The notes under the pieces are model-generated. The model worked only from the letters and a program-made list of their open reading frames with translations, made no database searches and was not told the origin of the DNA. From assembly GCA_964609245.1 (NCBI GenBank), contig CAZSSB010000011.1:6000-69999 (forward strand): a stretch of 64,000 nucleotides of DNA, read 5' to 3'. The position numbers were made by a program, and so were the translations under genes. Below, one piece after another: positions 46,434-55,132 of the stretch. Numbering within the stretch: position 1 is the stretch's first letter; each line of letters begins with the position of its first letter. The stretch comes from an uncultured Planctomycetales bacterium. Lineage in GTDB: Bacteria > 4484-113 > JAFGCY01.

Positions 46434-47256
46434 GATTGACAACGTCAGCGTGGTCTTCGGCGGGCTGGTCGCGGTCAAGGACCTTAGCTTCACCGTCAGT
46501 CCGGGACAGATTGTCGGGCTGATCGGACCCAACGGCGCCGGCAAGACCACGGTGTTCAATGCCATCCTGGCCGTTTACCCGCCCACGTCCGGCGAGGTGC
46601 GGCACAATGGACGCCGCATCGACCGCATGCCCACGCATCGCATCTGCCGGCTGGGCATCGGGCGCACCTTCCAGAATATCCGGCTGTTCAAGGAGATGAG
46701 CGTGCTGGACAACGTCAAGGTGGCCCTGCACCGCGGCTTCCGCTACAGCTTCGTCGACGCCGTGCTACGCACCCCGCGCTGCCGCCGACTGGAGCGCGAG
46801 ATCGACCGCCAGGCCCGGGCGGTGCTGGAGTACTTCGATCTGCTCGACGTCGCGGCCGACCCGGCCAGTTCGCTGCCCTACGGCAAGCAGAAGTACCTGG
46901 AGATCGCCCGCGCCTACGCCACCAAGCCGCGCCTGCTGCTGCTCGACGAGCCCGCGGCCGGGCTCAACGACACCGAGACCGCGGAACTGATGGGCAAGGT
47001 GCGCGAAATTATGTCGGAGACGGGCTGCGGCGTGCTGCTGATCGAGCACGACATGCGGCTGGTGATGGGGATCTGCGAGCACATCGTGGCGATCGAGTAC
47101 GGGGCCAAGATCAGCGAGGGCGACGCCAAGCACGTGCAGAATGATCCCAAGGTGATTGAGGCCTATCTGGGCACGCAGGATGAAGACGACCGCCGCGTCG
47201 GTGAGGGGCTCAACGAGGCACGCAACGGCGGCGGGGAGGACGGCGCAGGTGGATAG
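46426..47256 (+). CDS. livG: Branched-chain amino acid ABC transporter ATP-binding protein LivG-type
   Basis: Walker A GPNGAGKTT, signature LPYGKQKYLEIA and Walker B LLLLDEPAAGL. Confidence 0.9.
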   Translation: MLEIDNVSVVFGGLVAVKDLSFTVSPGQIVGLIGPNGAGKTTVFNAILAVYPPTSGEVRHNGRRIDRMPTHRICRLGIGRTFQNIRLFKEMSVLDNVKVALHRGFRYSFVDAVLRTPRCRRLEREIDRQARAVLEYFDLLDVAADPASSLPYGKQKYLEIARAYATKPRLLLLDEPAAGLNDTETAELMGKVREIMSETGCGVLLIEHDMRLVMGICEHIVAIEYGAKISEGDAKHVQNDPKVIEAYLGTQDEDDRRVGEGLNEARNGGGEDGAGG

Positions 47257-47968
47257 CCAGCCGCTGCTCAGTGTCCGGGATCTGCATGTCGCCTATGGCG
47301 CGGTCAAGGCGCTGCACGACATCAACTTCGACGTGCTGCCGGGCGAGATCGTGACCCTGATCGGGGCCAACGGCGCCGGAAAATCCACGACCCTGAACAC
47401 CATCATCGGTCTGGTGAAGTGCCGCCAGGGAGAGGTCATCTTCGCCGGCGATTCGATCACCAACCAACCCGCTCATCAGATCGTGCGCAGGGGGCTGGCG
47501 CTGGCGCCCGAGGGGCGGCGGCTGTTCCTCAACCTGACGGTGCGCGAGAACCTGGATATCGGTGCGCTCGTGACTGCTGACAAGGCCCGCAAGCAACAGC
47601 TGCTGGAGGAGGTCTTCACCCTGTTCCCGCGCGTCAAGGAGCGGCTGAGGCAGGTGGCGGGCACGCTCTCCGGCGGGGAGCAGCAGATGCTGGCGATCAG
47701 CCGCGCCATGATGCAGGACCCGCAGCTGATGCTGCTCGACGAGCCCAGCCTGGGTCTGGCGCCGAATCTGGTGCGCGAGATTTTCGACAAGATCCGTTTC
47801 CTCAACAGCGAGGGCAAGACGATCCTGCTGGTGGAGCAGAACGCCTACCAGGCGCTCAAAGTCAGCCACCGGGCGCACGTGCTGGAGCAGGGCCGCATCG
47901 TGATGAGCGGCACGGGCGATGAACTGGGGCGCGATCCGAAGGTCAAGGAAGCGTACCTGGGGGGATAG
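47249..47968 (+). CDS. livF: Branched-chain amino acid ABC transporter ATP-binding protein LivF-type
   Basis: GTG at 47249 preceded by GGGGAGGA + 8 nt, overlapping the livG stop by 8 nt. Walker A GANGAGKST, signature LSGGEQQMLA and Walker B LMLLDEPSLGL. Confidence 0.9.
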   Translation: MDSQPLLSVRDLHVAYGAVKALHDINFDVLPGEIVTLIGANGAGKSTTLNTIIGLVKCRQGEVIFAGDSITNQPAHQIVRRGLALAPEGRRLFLNLTVRENLDIGALVTADKARKQQLLEEVFTLFPRVKERLRQVAGTLSGGEQQMLAISRAMMQDPQLMLLDEPSLGLAPNLVREIFDKIRFLNSEGKTILLVEQNAYQALKVSHRAHVLEQGRIVMSGTGDELGRDPKVKEAYLGG

Positions 47969-48126
47969 CCGAACGTTCAGGGGACTAATCGGCCCTTGGA
48001 AAAGCCCGGTCCGGGGACATACGGCAGGCTCCGGAACCGCTAACCCGCACATCCCCGGACAGCAGGATTATACCCGCGAAACGGCGAAATGCAACATGTT
48101 TCAGCTGTGTTTCACGGAGGCTGGTT

Positions 48127-49521
48127 TTACCAGGTGTAGGAAACGAGGAGCCTGAGTTCTCGATCGTCGAAGTGAAAGCCCGGAACCAGGTCCTTGAGGT
48201 TGTGCGACAGCGTATACGTAACGCGCCATTCAACGCCGTCATACGGACAGTATCGTGCTTCCAGCTCAGTGCCCTCGTAGTTGGTGGCGTACTTGCCGCG
48301 GTTGACGGCCGCCAGCACCGCGTCCTGCTCCACGATCACATGCTCCAGGCCGAACTGCCAGTCGCCGGGATCGCCACGCCGGCCCACCCTGACGCCAGTC
48401 AGCACTGCATCGCACTCGCCTTGCGCCGGGCCACGCGCGCCCAGGTTCCGCGCATACTCGCATTCGAGTTCAATCGGCCAGTCGCCGTCCGCCCGCATTA
48501 CGCCGTTGAGCCACAGGTCCGCGATCCGGAAGTCCGAGACCAGCGGATTCATCGGGTTGCCGTCCACCACAGCGTTGGTCGTTACGCCGCCACTCGCGGG
48601 GCCGCCGACGCGCCAGTCGCCGCCGGCCACCGCCGCCTGGATCGTGTCCGCATTGCTGAGTCCGTGGTAGGACAGCGCCGCATCCCAGCTGACTGACTTG
48701 GCAACCTCCCAACGTGAATCCAGACGGGCGCTCAACACTCGGGCCGGCCCGCTTCCTTCGCAGCCGCTCAGCAGCTGCGCGCCCAGCAGGGACAGCCGGA
48801 TGCGAGCCAGCTCACCCCCGTTGGGCTCCCAGCGATACTGAGCGTAGCCACCACTCATATAGAGATCGTTGTCGATGGTGAGTTGCGTCAGTTCGAACGG
48901 AAACGTGAACCGCCCGCCCTGCAGCCTCAGGCTTTGCCCTCTGCCGGTTTCAAGGTCCTTGCGCAGCCAGTACTCCTCGAGTCCCAGCCACCGCTTATCG
49001 CCAAGATCGTCCACACCAACCCAGTTGGTCAGCGGTCGGCCCTCTCGCCCGGACCGCAACGCGGCCCGCAGCCGCCAGTCACCGGCGAATTCCAGGTTGG
49101 CTCCCAAGAGCAGCGCGACATCGCGTTCGTAACCCCTGTCAGTCACTCCGCCGTCGTCGTCCCCCGCTAAGCGGCGCAGTTCCTCATAGCGATACTCCAC
49201 CTCGCCGTCGAGCCAGAATCGCTCGATCACCCCTCGCTCTGACTCGTCGGCTGCCCGAGATTCCGCGAACCCGCCAGGCAGTTCGTCGTCTTCCTGTTCG
49301 TCCCGTGACTTGATGACCACCACGCAGTCGCTGGGTACACTCTCACCTCGATCTGGCGTCAGGGCGGCCTTGGCGGCGTTCTCATCACTGCCGTCATCCG
49401 CGTTCGCGTGCAGGGGAATCACAGCCAAGGCCAGCACGAGCCAGACCGTCAGCATCAACTTAGGCACTCTGACCAACAGGATGCAGCGGCTAATGGCGTT
49501 CAATGCTCGCCACATCGTCAT
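48127..49521 (-). CDS. Putative outer-membrane beta-barrel protein (porin-like)
   Basis: Signal peptide (…LTVWLVLALAVIPLHANA), alternating amphipathic beta-strand pattern rich in G/Y/W/R/D, and C-terminal ...LLVSYTW. The start is uncertain (ATG at 49521, 49515 or 49455). Confidence 0.5.
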   Translation of the reverse strand: MTMWRALNAISRCILLVRVPKLMLTVWLVLALAVIPLHANADDGSDENAAKAALTPDRGESVPSDCVVVIKSRDEQEDDELPGGFAESRAADESERGVIERFWLDGEVEYRYEELRRLAGDDDGGVTDRGYERDVALLLGANLEFAGDWRLRAALRSGREGRPLTNWVGVDDLGDKRWLGLEEYWLRKDLETGRGQSLRLQGGRFTFPFELTQLTIDNDLYMSGGYAQYRWEPNGGELARIRLSLLGAQLLSGCEGSGPARVLSARLDSRWEVAKSVSWDAALSYHGLSNADTIQAAVAGGDWRVGGPASGGVTTNAVVDGNPMNPLVSDFRIADLWLNGVMRADGDWPIELECEYARNLGARGPAQGECDAVLTGVRVGRRGDPGDWQFGLEHVIVEQDAVLAAVNRGKYATNYEGTELEARYCPYDGVEWRVTYTLSHNLKDLVPGFHFDDRELRLLVSYTW

Positions 49522-50005
49522 CTTCCTGCTGACCCGCGGGTGCCTGCGGGGGGGCCTTGCTGGTCGGGACGCTGCCCTTGCTCGCCGGTGGTGTTGCGCC
49601 GGGTCGGAGCCCGTTGCGCTGGCCCATCGCCGTGTGGTCGTTGATCAGCTTGATGACCCATAGCACTAGCCCGATAAACGCCGCGCCGAAGATCGCCGTG
49701 AAGTATTGGTGCAGGCCGCAGGCCATGCCGAGAATGATGGCGAAGAACACCATGGTGGTGTCCTTCGGATCCTGCATCCGCGTGCGGTAGCGGATCATCG
49801 CCAGTGCACCGGCGAGTCCAAAGGCGCGCACCAGGTTATTGGCCACGATCAGCCACACCAGCGAGCCGCCCAGGCAGAGCAGCACCAGGGTATAGACCAT
49901 CTGGCCACGCCGTTCTTTCTTGCCGGTATAGGTGATGTGATAGGCGAGCGCCAGATATCCGCCGAGCAGTGCCGCAACCGTCAGCGCGATGATGACGTCC
50001 AGCAT
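49490..50005 (-). CDS. DUF4956-like membrane protein
   Basis: 171 aa with 4 TM helices. The motif LVRAFGLAGALAMIRYRTRMQDPKDTTMVFFAIILGMACG matches my memory of DUF4956. Confidence 0.6.
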   Translation of the reverse strand: MLDVIIALTVAALLGGYLALAYHITYTGKKERRGQMVYTLVLLCLGGSLVWLIVANNLVRAFGLAGALAMIRYRTRMQDPKDTTMVFFAIILGMACGLHQYFTAIFGAAFIGLVLWVIKLINDHTAMGQRNGLRPGATPPASKGSVPTSKAPPQAPAGQQEDDDVASIERH

Positions 50006-50193
50006 CGCGCCGTTGGTTTGCGGCCCGGCTTGCGCGGCGCTGCTTAGTGCTTCGACGAACTGCTCCAGATCACGCTCCTCTTAAGCCTGTCGGCTTGCGC
50101 ACCCGGTCCGGTCTCTTGCAGCTATAGGGGTCCGGCGCATTATACTTCAGTTTCAGCTGTTCGCGGATGATCAGCGCCGCCTTTCATCCGGAT

Positions 50194-53100
50194 TCAACGC
50201 TGCTGATCGCCGGCCAGCGTCAGCAGTCTGAGGCCCGTGGCATTCACCGTATAGGTGTCGAACTGCTCCTCGACGGTGCCGCTGACCACAAACGGCCCGG
50301 CGTAGACGGTCAGGTGCGCCAGCCGCTCGTAGGCCTGGGGGAACAGCACCACCTCGAAGGTACCGCTCAGGTCCTCCATGCTCATGAACTTCAGCGCGCG
50401 GCGGCTGTGCTCGTAATAGTGATACGGCGGGGGGCGCCCATTGCTGGTGCTGCGAATGATCCCCAGCTCGGCCGCGGCGCTCTCCCGCGGCTCATCCTCG
50501 TCCAGCTCATCCGCCGCCAGCGGATTGGGGCCACCGTGATCCCCGCCCTGCAGCGCCAGCGTATCGCGCACCGCCCGGCGTCGCGTCAGGTCCACGCGCT
50601 TGGTCGCGATGCACCAGCCCAGCAGCCGCACGGGCCTGCCCACGTACCGCGGCAGCTCACGCGCCCGGATCACACCTTTCACCTGCCCGGCCACCAGCGT
50701 CAGCGGATGCCGGCTGACCAGCATACCGAAGTGCTCCAGCTCCAGGTTGCAGCGCGTCTGCTCGTCGTGGTCGCTAAGCCTGGCGCCCACCTGCCGTGAG
50801 AAGTCCGCCAGCCGTTCGTCCTCGCTGAGCGGCAGGCTGCCGCCCCGCAAGCCGGCACGGTGCTCGCCGTCGGCCAGCCATTGCAGCTGCGGGCGGCTCA
50901 TCTTCAGGCTGTCCAGCGCACCGCACTGAATCAGGATCTCAAGCTCGCCGCGGCCCGGGCGCGCGCGGCGGATGAATTCCGGCAGGCTGCTGTATGGGCC
51001 GGCTTGGGTGCGGGCGGTGACGATCCGCTCCAGGGCGGCAGTGCCGACGCCCTTGATCACCTGCAGCCCCACCCGCACCGCGTCGGGCTCGTGGGACGGG
51101 TCTCCGTGCCCGTCTGGCCCGCTCCCATCCTGTTGGTGCGCCAACCTGGCCGTCATCGGGACGGGCACGGAGTCCCGTCCCACCGAATACTCGGCCTTGT
51201 ATTCCAGGTCGCTGTAATTCACATCGGGAGGCAGGATGCCGAGCCCCAGCCGCTCGGCTTCGCTGAGATAGGCCCGCGAGCCGTAGAAGCCCCCGCTGTG
51301 GCTGAGCACGGCGGCCATGAAGTCGGCCGGGTGGTGGGCCTTGAGATAGGCGACCTTCCAGCTCAGCGAGGCAAACGCCGCCGAGTGCGCCTTGCAGAAC
51401 GAGTAGCCCGAAAAACTGGCGATCTGGCGCCAGATGGTCAGCGCGCTGGCGGTGTCGATGCCGTTCTTCTCACAGCCGGCCACGAACCGCTCGCGGACCT
51501 CATTCATCCGCTCGGCGCTGCGCAGCTTGCCGCTCATCGCGCGCCGGAGCAGGTCCGCCTCGGCCGGGCTCAGCCCCGCCAGCTCGTGGCCGACGCGGAT
51601 CACGTCCTCCTGGTAGATCATCACGCCCCGGGTCTCCGGCAGCAGTTTCAGCATCAGCGGGTGGCTGGGCAGCTTGTGCTCCTGGCCGCGCACGCGCCGG
51701 ATGTACTCCTGCATCATGCCGCTCTCGGCGACGCCGGGCCGGATCACGCTCGAAGCGGCGGTCAGCTCCAGAAACGTCTGGGTGCGCAGACGTTTAAGCA
51801 GCTGGCGCATCCCGGGGCTCTCGATGTAGAAACAGCCCATCGTCCGGCCCTCGCGGACCAATTCCACCGTGTCCGGGTCCTGCACCGCCGTTTCGAGGCG
51901 CTGAGTTGGCGGGCGGATCCCCCGCGCGGCCAGGCTTCTGAGCGTATCCTCCAGCGCGTCCAGCCCGCAGTTGCCCAGCAGGTCGATCTTGATCAGCCCG
52001 ACGTCCTCGACGCTGAACATCTCGTACTGCGTGACGACGAAGCCCTTGGCCGCCCGCTGCAGCGCAGTATAGTCGGTCAGCCGCTCGGGCGCGATCACCA
52101 CCCCGCCGCAGTGGATGCCCAGATGCCGCGGGCAGCCCCCCAGCTGGCTGGCCAGCGGGATGATGTGGCAGTAGGGCTCGGCTCTCAGATCGACGCCGCG
52201 CAGTTCGGCGAAGTCCTGCTTGATCGTCGTCAGGCCCTCCGCCGAGGTATGGGGGATACGCCGCGCGATGATGCTGATCTCCTTGTCGCTGAGGCCGAAG
52301 ACCTTGCCCACCTCACGGAAGGCGCCCCGCGCGCGGAAGGTGACGTGCGTGCTGATCATCGCCACCCGTTCGCGCCCCCAGCGCTCGTAGACGAACTTGA
52401 GGATTTCATCGCGCCGCTTGGAGCTGAAATCGATATCGATGTCGGGCGGGCTCTGGCGCGCCGGGTTGAGGAAGCGCTCGAAGTACATGTTCAGCGCGAT
52501 CGGGTCCACCGGCGTCAGGCCCAGCAGATAGCTGACGATGCTGTTGGCGGCGCTGCCGCGCCCCAGGCAGGGGATGCCGCGCCTGCCCGCCGCACGCACG
52601 ATGTCGTAGACCGCCAGGAAGTAGCTGGTGTAGCCCAGCTTGTCGATGACGTCCAGTTCGTAGTCCAAGCGGCTTAAGTGCCGCTGGTCATAGCCGGCGG
52701 GGCTGTCGCCGCCGCGACCGTAGCGCCAGACCAGGCCGCGCTGGCAGAGGTCGCGTAGCGCACGCTGCGGGCTCTCGCCGCGGCTGAGCGGATAGTCGGG
52801 GAAGACCCATTTGCCCAGCTCAAAGTCCACCTCGCAGCCCTGGGCCAGCTCGCGCGCGGTGTCGAGCGCCTGCGGGCAGTCGTAGTAGTAGCCGCCCAGC
52901 TCCACCGGCGCCGACAGGTAGTGCTCCCGCGGGCAGACGCCTTGCGCGGTCTGCAGCGTGGCGTTCTGGCCGATCGCGCGCAGCACGTGGTGCACCGGCT
53001 GGTCCTGGGGCCGCAGGAAGCGCACGTCCGTGCAGGCTACCGGACTCAGCCTGAAGTGCGCCGCCAGCTTGAGCTGCCTGAGCTGGCGCGCGCGGCAGGC

Positions 53101-53733
53101 CTCCCCGTAGTCCGGCGCCAGGCGCACAAAAAGCCGCCGTGGACCGAGGCGCGGACCAAGGCGCCGCAGCAGTTCCACCTGGTCGGTGATTACGTAGCAG
53201 TGCCCCGTGCCGCGCTCCAGCGCCTCCGCCAGCTTGAAATCCGCGCGCAGCCGCCGCGCGCTGGCCAGCCGGCAGAGTTCGCCGTAGCCGTCGCGGTCGC
53301 GGGCGATCACCGTCGCGGCGGCACTCGGCACGCTGTCGGCATCCCCCTTGCGACCGTAGGGCGCACCCTTGCTGCCGGGCGGCAGCGGCTTCTTGCCGTC
53401 GAGATAGGCGGGATAATCACCGCCATCTCGTAGGGGCGAAGCCATGCTTCGCCCTGCATCCCCCGCGCCTTCACCGGGGGCGAAGCGTGGCTTCGCGCCT
53501 ACCCCCCCTGCGACCGCATGCCCTTTGCTCGCCGGATCGGTCAGACTCAGGCCCAGCAGCGGCCTCAGGCCACACTTCAGCGCCGCCTTGTAGAAGCCGA
53601 TCAGGCCATAGATGCCGTCCACGTCGCACAGCCCCAGGGTCTCGAAGCCCAGCTCCGCCGCCTGGGCGCACAGCGCCGCCGGCGAACTGACGCCGTCGTG
53701 AAACGAGTACCAGCTGCGCGCGTCGAGGTGCAT
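50194..53733 (-). CDS. dnaE2: Error-prone DNA polymerase (DnaE2/ImuC, Pol III alpha family)
   Basis: N-terminal PHP domain (MHLDARSWYSFHDGVSSP...), Pol III alpha core (GLIKIDLLG, HAAGVVI-like CGGVVIAP) and HhH/OB C-terminus. It lies 7 nt downstream of a Y-family polymerase gene. Confidence 0.9.
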   Translation of the reverse strand: MHLDARSWYSFHDGVSSPAALCAQAAELGFETLGLCDVDGIYGLIGFYKAALKCGLRPLLGLSLTDPASKGHAVAGGVGAKPRFAPGEGAGDAGRSMASPLRDGGDYPAYLDGKKPLPPGSKGAPYGRKGDADSVPSAAATVIARDRDGYGELCRLASARRLRADFKLAEALERGTGHCYVITDQVELLRRLGPRLGPRRLFVRLAPDYGEACRARQLRQLKLAAHFRLSPVACTDVRFLRPQDQPVHHVLRAIGQNATLQTAQGVCPREHYLSAPVELGGYYYDCPQALDTARELAQGCEVDFELGKWVFPDYPLSRGESPQRALRDLCQRGLVWRYGRGGDSPAGYDQRHLSRLDYELDVIDKLGYTSYFLAVYDIVRAAGRRGIPCLGRGSAANSIVSYLLGLTPVDPIALNMYFERFLNPARQSPPDIDIDFSSKRRDEILKFVYERWGRERVAMISTHVTFRARGAFREVGKVFGLSDKEISIIARRIPHTSAEGLTTIKQDFAELRGVDLRAEPYCHIIPLASQLGGCPRHLGIHCGGVVIAPERLTDYTALQRAAKGFVVTQYEMFSVEDVGLIKIDLLGNCGLDALEDTLRSLAARGIRPPTQRLETAVQDPDTVELVREGRTMGCFYIESPGMRQLLKRLRTQTFLELTAASSVIRPGVAESGMMQEYIRRVRGQEHKLPSHPLMLKLLPETRGVMIYQEDVIRVGHELAGLSPAEADLLRRAMSGKLRSAERMNEVRERFVAGCEKNGIDTASALTIWRQIASFSGYSFCKAHSAAFASLSWKVAYLKAHHPADFMAAVLSHSGGFYGSRAYLSEAERLGLGILPPDVNYSDLEYKAEYSVGRDSVPVPMTARLAHQQDGSGPDGHGDPSHEPDAVRVGLQVIKGVGTAALERIVTARTQAGPYSSLPEFIRRARPGRGELEILIQCGALDSLKMSRPQLQWLADGEHRAGLRGGSLPLSEDERLADFSRQVGARLSDHDEQTRCNLELEHFGMLVSRHPLTLVAGQVKGVIRARELPRYVGRPVRLLGWCIATKRVDLTRRRAVRDTLALQGGDHGGPNPLAADELDEDEPRESAAAELGIIRSTSNGRPPPYHYYEHSRRALKFMSMEDLSGTFEVVLFPQAYERLAHLTVYAGPFVVSGTVEEQFDTYTVNATGLRLLTLAGDQQR
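51093..51181. repeat. Pair of ~24-nt hairpin-forming palindromes in inverted orientation inside dnaE2
   Basis: Copy A is 51093-51116 (GGGACGGGtctccgtgCCCGTCtg). Copy B is 51158-51181 (GGGACGGGcacggagtCCCGTCCC). The reverse complement of B matches A at 21 of 24 positions, and each copy self-pairs. Confidence 0.6.
53434..53499. repeat. Tandem pair of near-identical GC-rich hairpin palindromes inside dnaE2
   Basis: 53434-53454 reads GGGCGAAGC-cat-GCTTCGCCC (perfect 9-bp stem). 53477-53499 reads GGGGCGAAGC-gtg-GCTTCGCGCC. The starts are 43 nt apart. Confidence 0.6.
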
Positions 53734-53739
53734 CGCGCC

Positions 53740-55065
53740 CTACCCCGAGGCCCGCATCGGCATGAACCCGCTCTGGATACCCGCGGTGCTGTTGGCCTCC
53801 ACCGGCCGCTGCTGCCTGATCCGCGCCACGCCCGGGCCGACCACCACCCCGTCGCGCCCGTAGCGCCGGCGGATGTGGTCAACCGCCACGAACAGCCACT
53901 GCTCGCGCTGCTCACGCGGCGTGGTAAACAGCTGCAGCTGGCTGGCGCCGGCGGTGAACCGCGAGAGGCGCACCCCCAGCAGCCGGATCCGCAGCCGCCG
54001 CCTGCAGCCCTCGCCGAACAGCTGCACCGCCCGCTCGAACACCGCGCTGTCGGCATCGGTCGCCTCGGGCAGGAAGCCGCCGTGGGTCAGGGTCTTGAAG
54101 TCGCTGTAGCGGATCTTGACCGTCACGTGGCGGGCGCGCAGGTCCTGCTCGCGCATCCGGCGGCAGGCGTCCTCGGTCAGCCGCCACAGCGTCTGCCGGA
54201 TGACCGCCGGGTCGATCACGTCGCGCTCGAAGGTGGTCTCGTGGCCGATGCTCTTGGGGCGGCGCGAAAGGTCCGCCTCGCCCCGGCCGAACGCGCCGGT
54301 GTTGCCCGCCTGCCGGCGCACCGAACCGTCGCCCTCGCGCAGCGCCCGCACCACCGCGGTCAGCGCCAAGCCGAAGCTGTTATCCAACATCCGCTCCGGC
54401 AGGTCCAGCAGTTGGCCGACGCGGTGCACCCCCCGCGCCCGCAGCGCCGTCCCGATCGCCGGCCCGATGCCCGGCACCGCCTGGATATCGTGCGGCGCCA
54501 GAAACTGCTCCACCTCGCCGGGCAGCACGCGGAAGATGCCGTCGGGCTTGGCGTGGCGGCTGGCCATCTTGGCTGCGATCCGGCTGGGGGCGATACCGAT
54601 CGACAGCGGCAGCCCCACTTCGTTGCGCACCCGCCGCCGCACGTGCTCGGCGAACTGCTCGATCCCGCCGTGGTCGCGCGCAAACAGCCGCTCGCAGCCG
54701 CTGATGTCCAGCTCGAACTCGTCGACGCTGCGGGCCTTGAAGTACGGCGCCTCGCCGCGCAGGATGTCCTGGACGCGCTTGCTGTAGAGCGTGTAGTTGC
54801 CGTGCAGCCCGTGGTGCAGGAACGCGGTTTTGGTGCGCAGCGGCCCGCCGGCGTCCTGCACCACCCGGTAGGCCTCGGCCATCGGCATCGCGCTGTGGAT
54901 GCCCAGGCGGCGGGCCTCGTAGCTGCAGGCCGCCACCACCCCGCGCGAGCCCGGCTCGCCGCCGATGACCACCGGCCGGCCCCGAAGATCGGGCCGGTGC
55001 AGCCGCTCGACCTCAACGAAGAAGCAGTCCAGGTCCGCCAGACAGACTATCCGCGCGCTATACAC
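53740..55065 (-). CDS. Y-family DNA polymerase (DinB/Pol IV-like, catalytic acids retained)
   Basis: CLADLDCFFVEVE corresponds to DMDCFFAAVE of DinB, and SVDEFELD corresponds to SLDEAYLD. GTG start at 55065. The gene lies 7 nt upstream of dnaE2. Confidence 0.85.
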   Translation of the reverse strand: MYSARIVCLADLDCFFVEVERLHRPDLRGRPVVIGGEPGSRGVVAACSYEARRLGIHSAMPMAEAYRVVQDAGGPLRTKTAFLHHGLHGNYTLYSKRVQDILRGEAPYFKARSVDEFELDISGCERLFARDHGGIEQFAEHVRRRVRNEVGLPLSIGIAPSRIAAKMASRHAKPDGIFRVLPGEVEQFLAPHDIQAVPGIGPAIGTALRARGVHRVGQLLDLPERMLDNSFGLALTAVVRALREGDGSVRRQAGNTGAFGRGEADLSRRPKSIGHETTFERDVIDPAVIRQTLWRLTEDACRRMREQDLRARHVTVKIRYSDFKTLTHGGFLPEATDADSAVFERAVQLFGEGCRRRLRIRLLGVRLSRFTAGASQLQLFTTPREQREQWLFVAVDHIRRRYGRDGVVVGPGVARIRQQRPVEANSTAGIQSGFMPMRASG

Positions 55066-55073
55066 ACGTATAG
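55058..55073. promoter_or_regulatory. Perfect 16-bp palindrome (candidate repressor operator) over the polymerase start codon
   Basis: CTATAC-ACAC-GTATAG sits in the only markedly AT-rich intergenic stretch of this region. It overlaps the GTG start and a TATACT -10-like box on the minus strand. Confidence 0.35.
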
Positions 55074-55103
55074 TATATCATAACCAACGAAGAACCGCTA
55101 TAC

Positions 55104-55132
55104 TTGCGATCAGTGTTTTTTCGGGTTATACT
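55104..55132 (+). promoter_or_regulatory. Candidate promoter for the GIY-YIG-like gene
   Basis: TTGCGA (55104-09), a 17-nt spacer, then TATACT (55127-32). AGGAG at 55165-69 precedes the ATG at 55176. Confidence 0.35.

Noticed and set aside
50860-55083. 605-aa (50860-52677) and 521-aa (53518-55083) plus-strand ORFs opposite dnaE2 and the Y-family polymerase gene
   Set aside because: The minus-strand frames show unmistakable Pol III alpha and DinB motifs. The plus-strand products are Arg/Ala/Gln/His-rich shadows.
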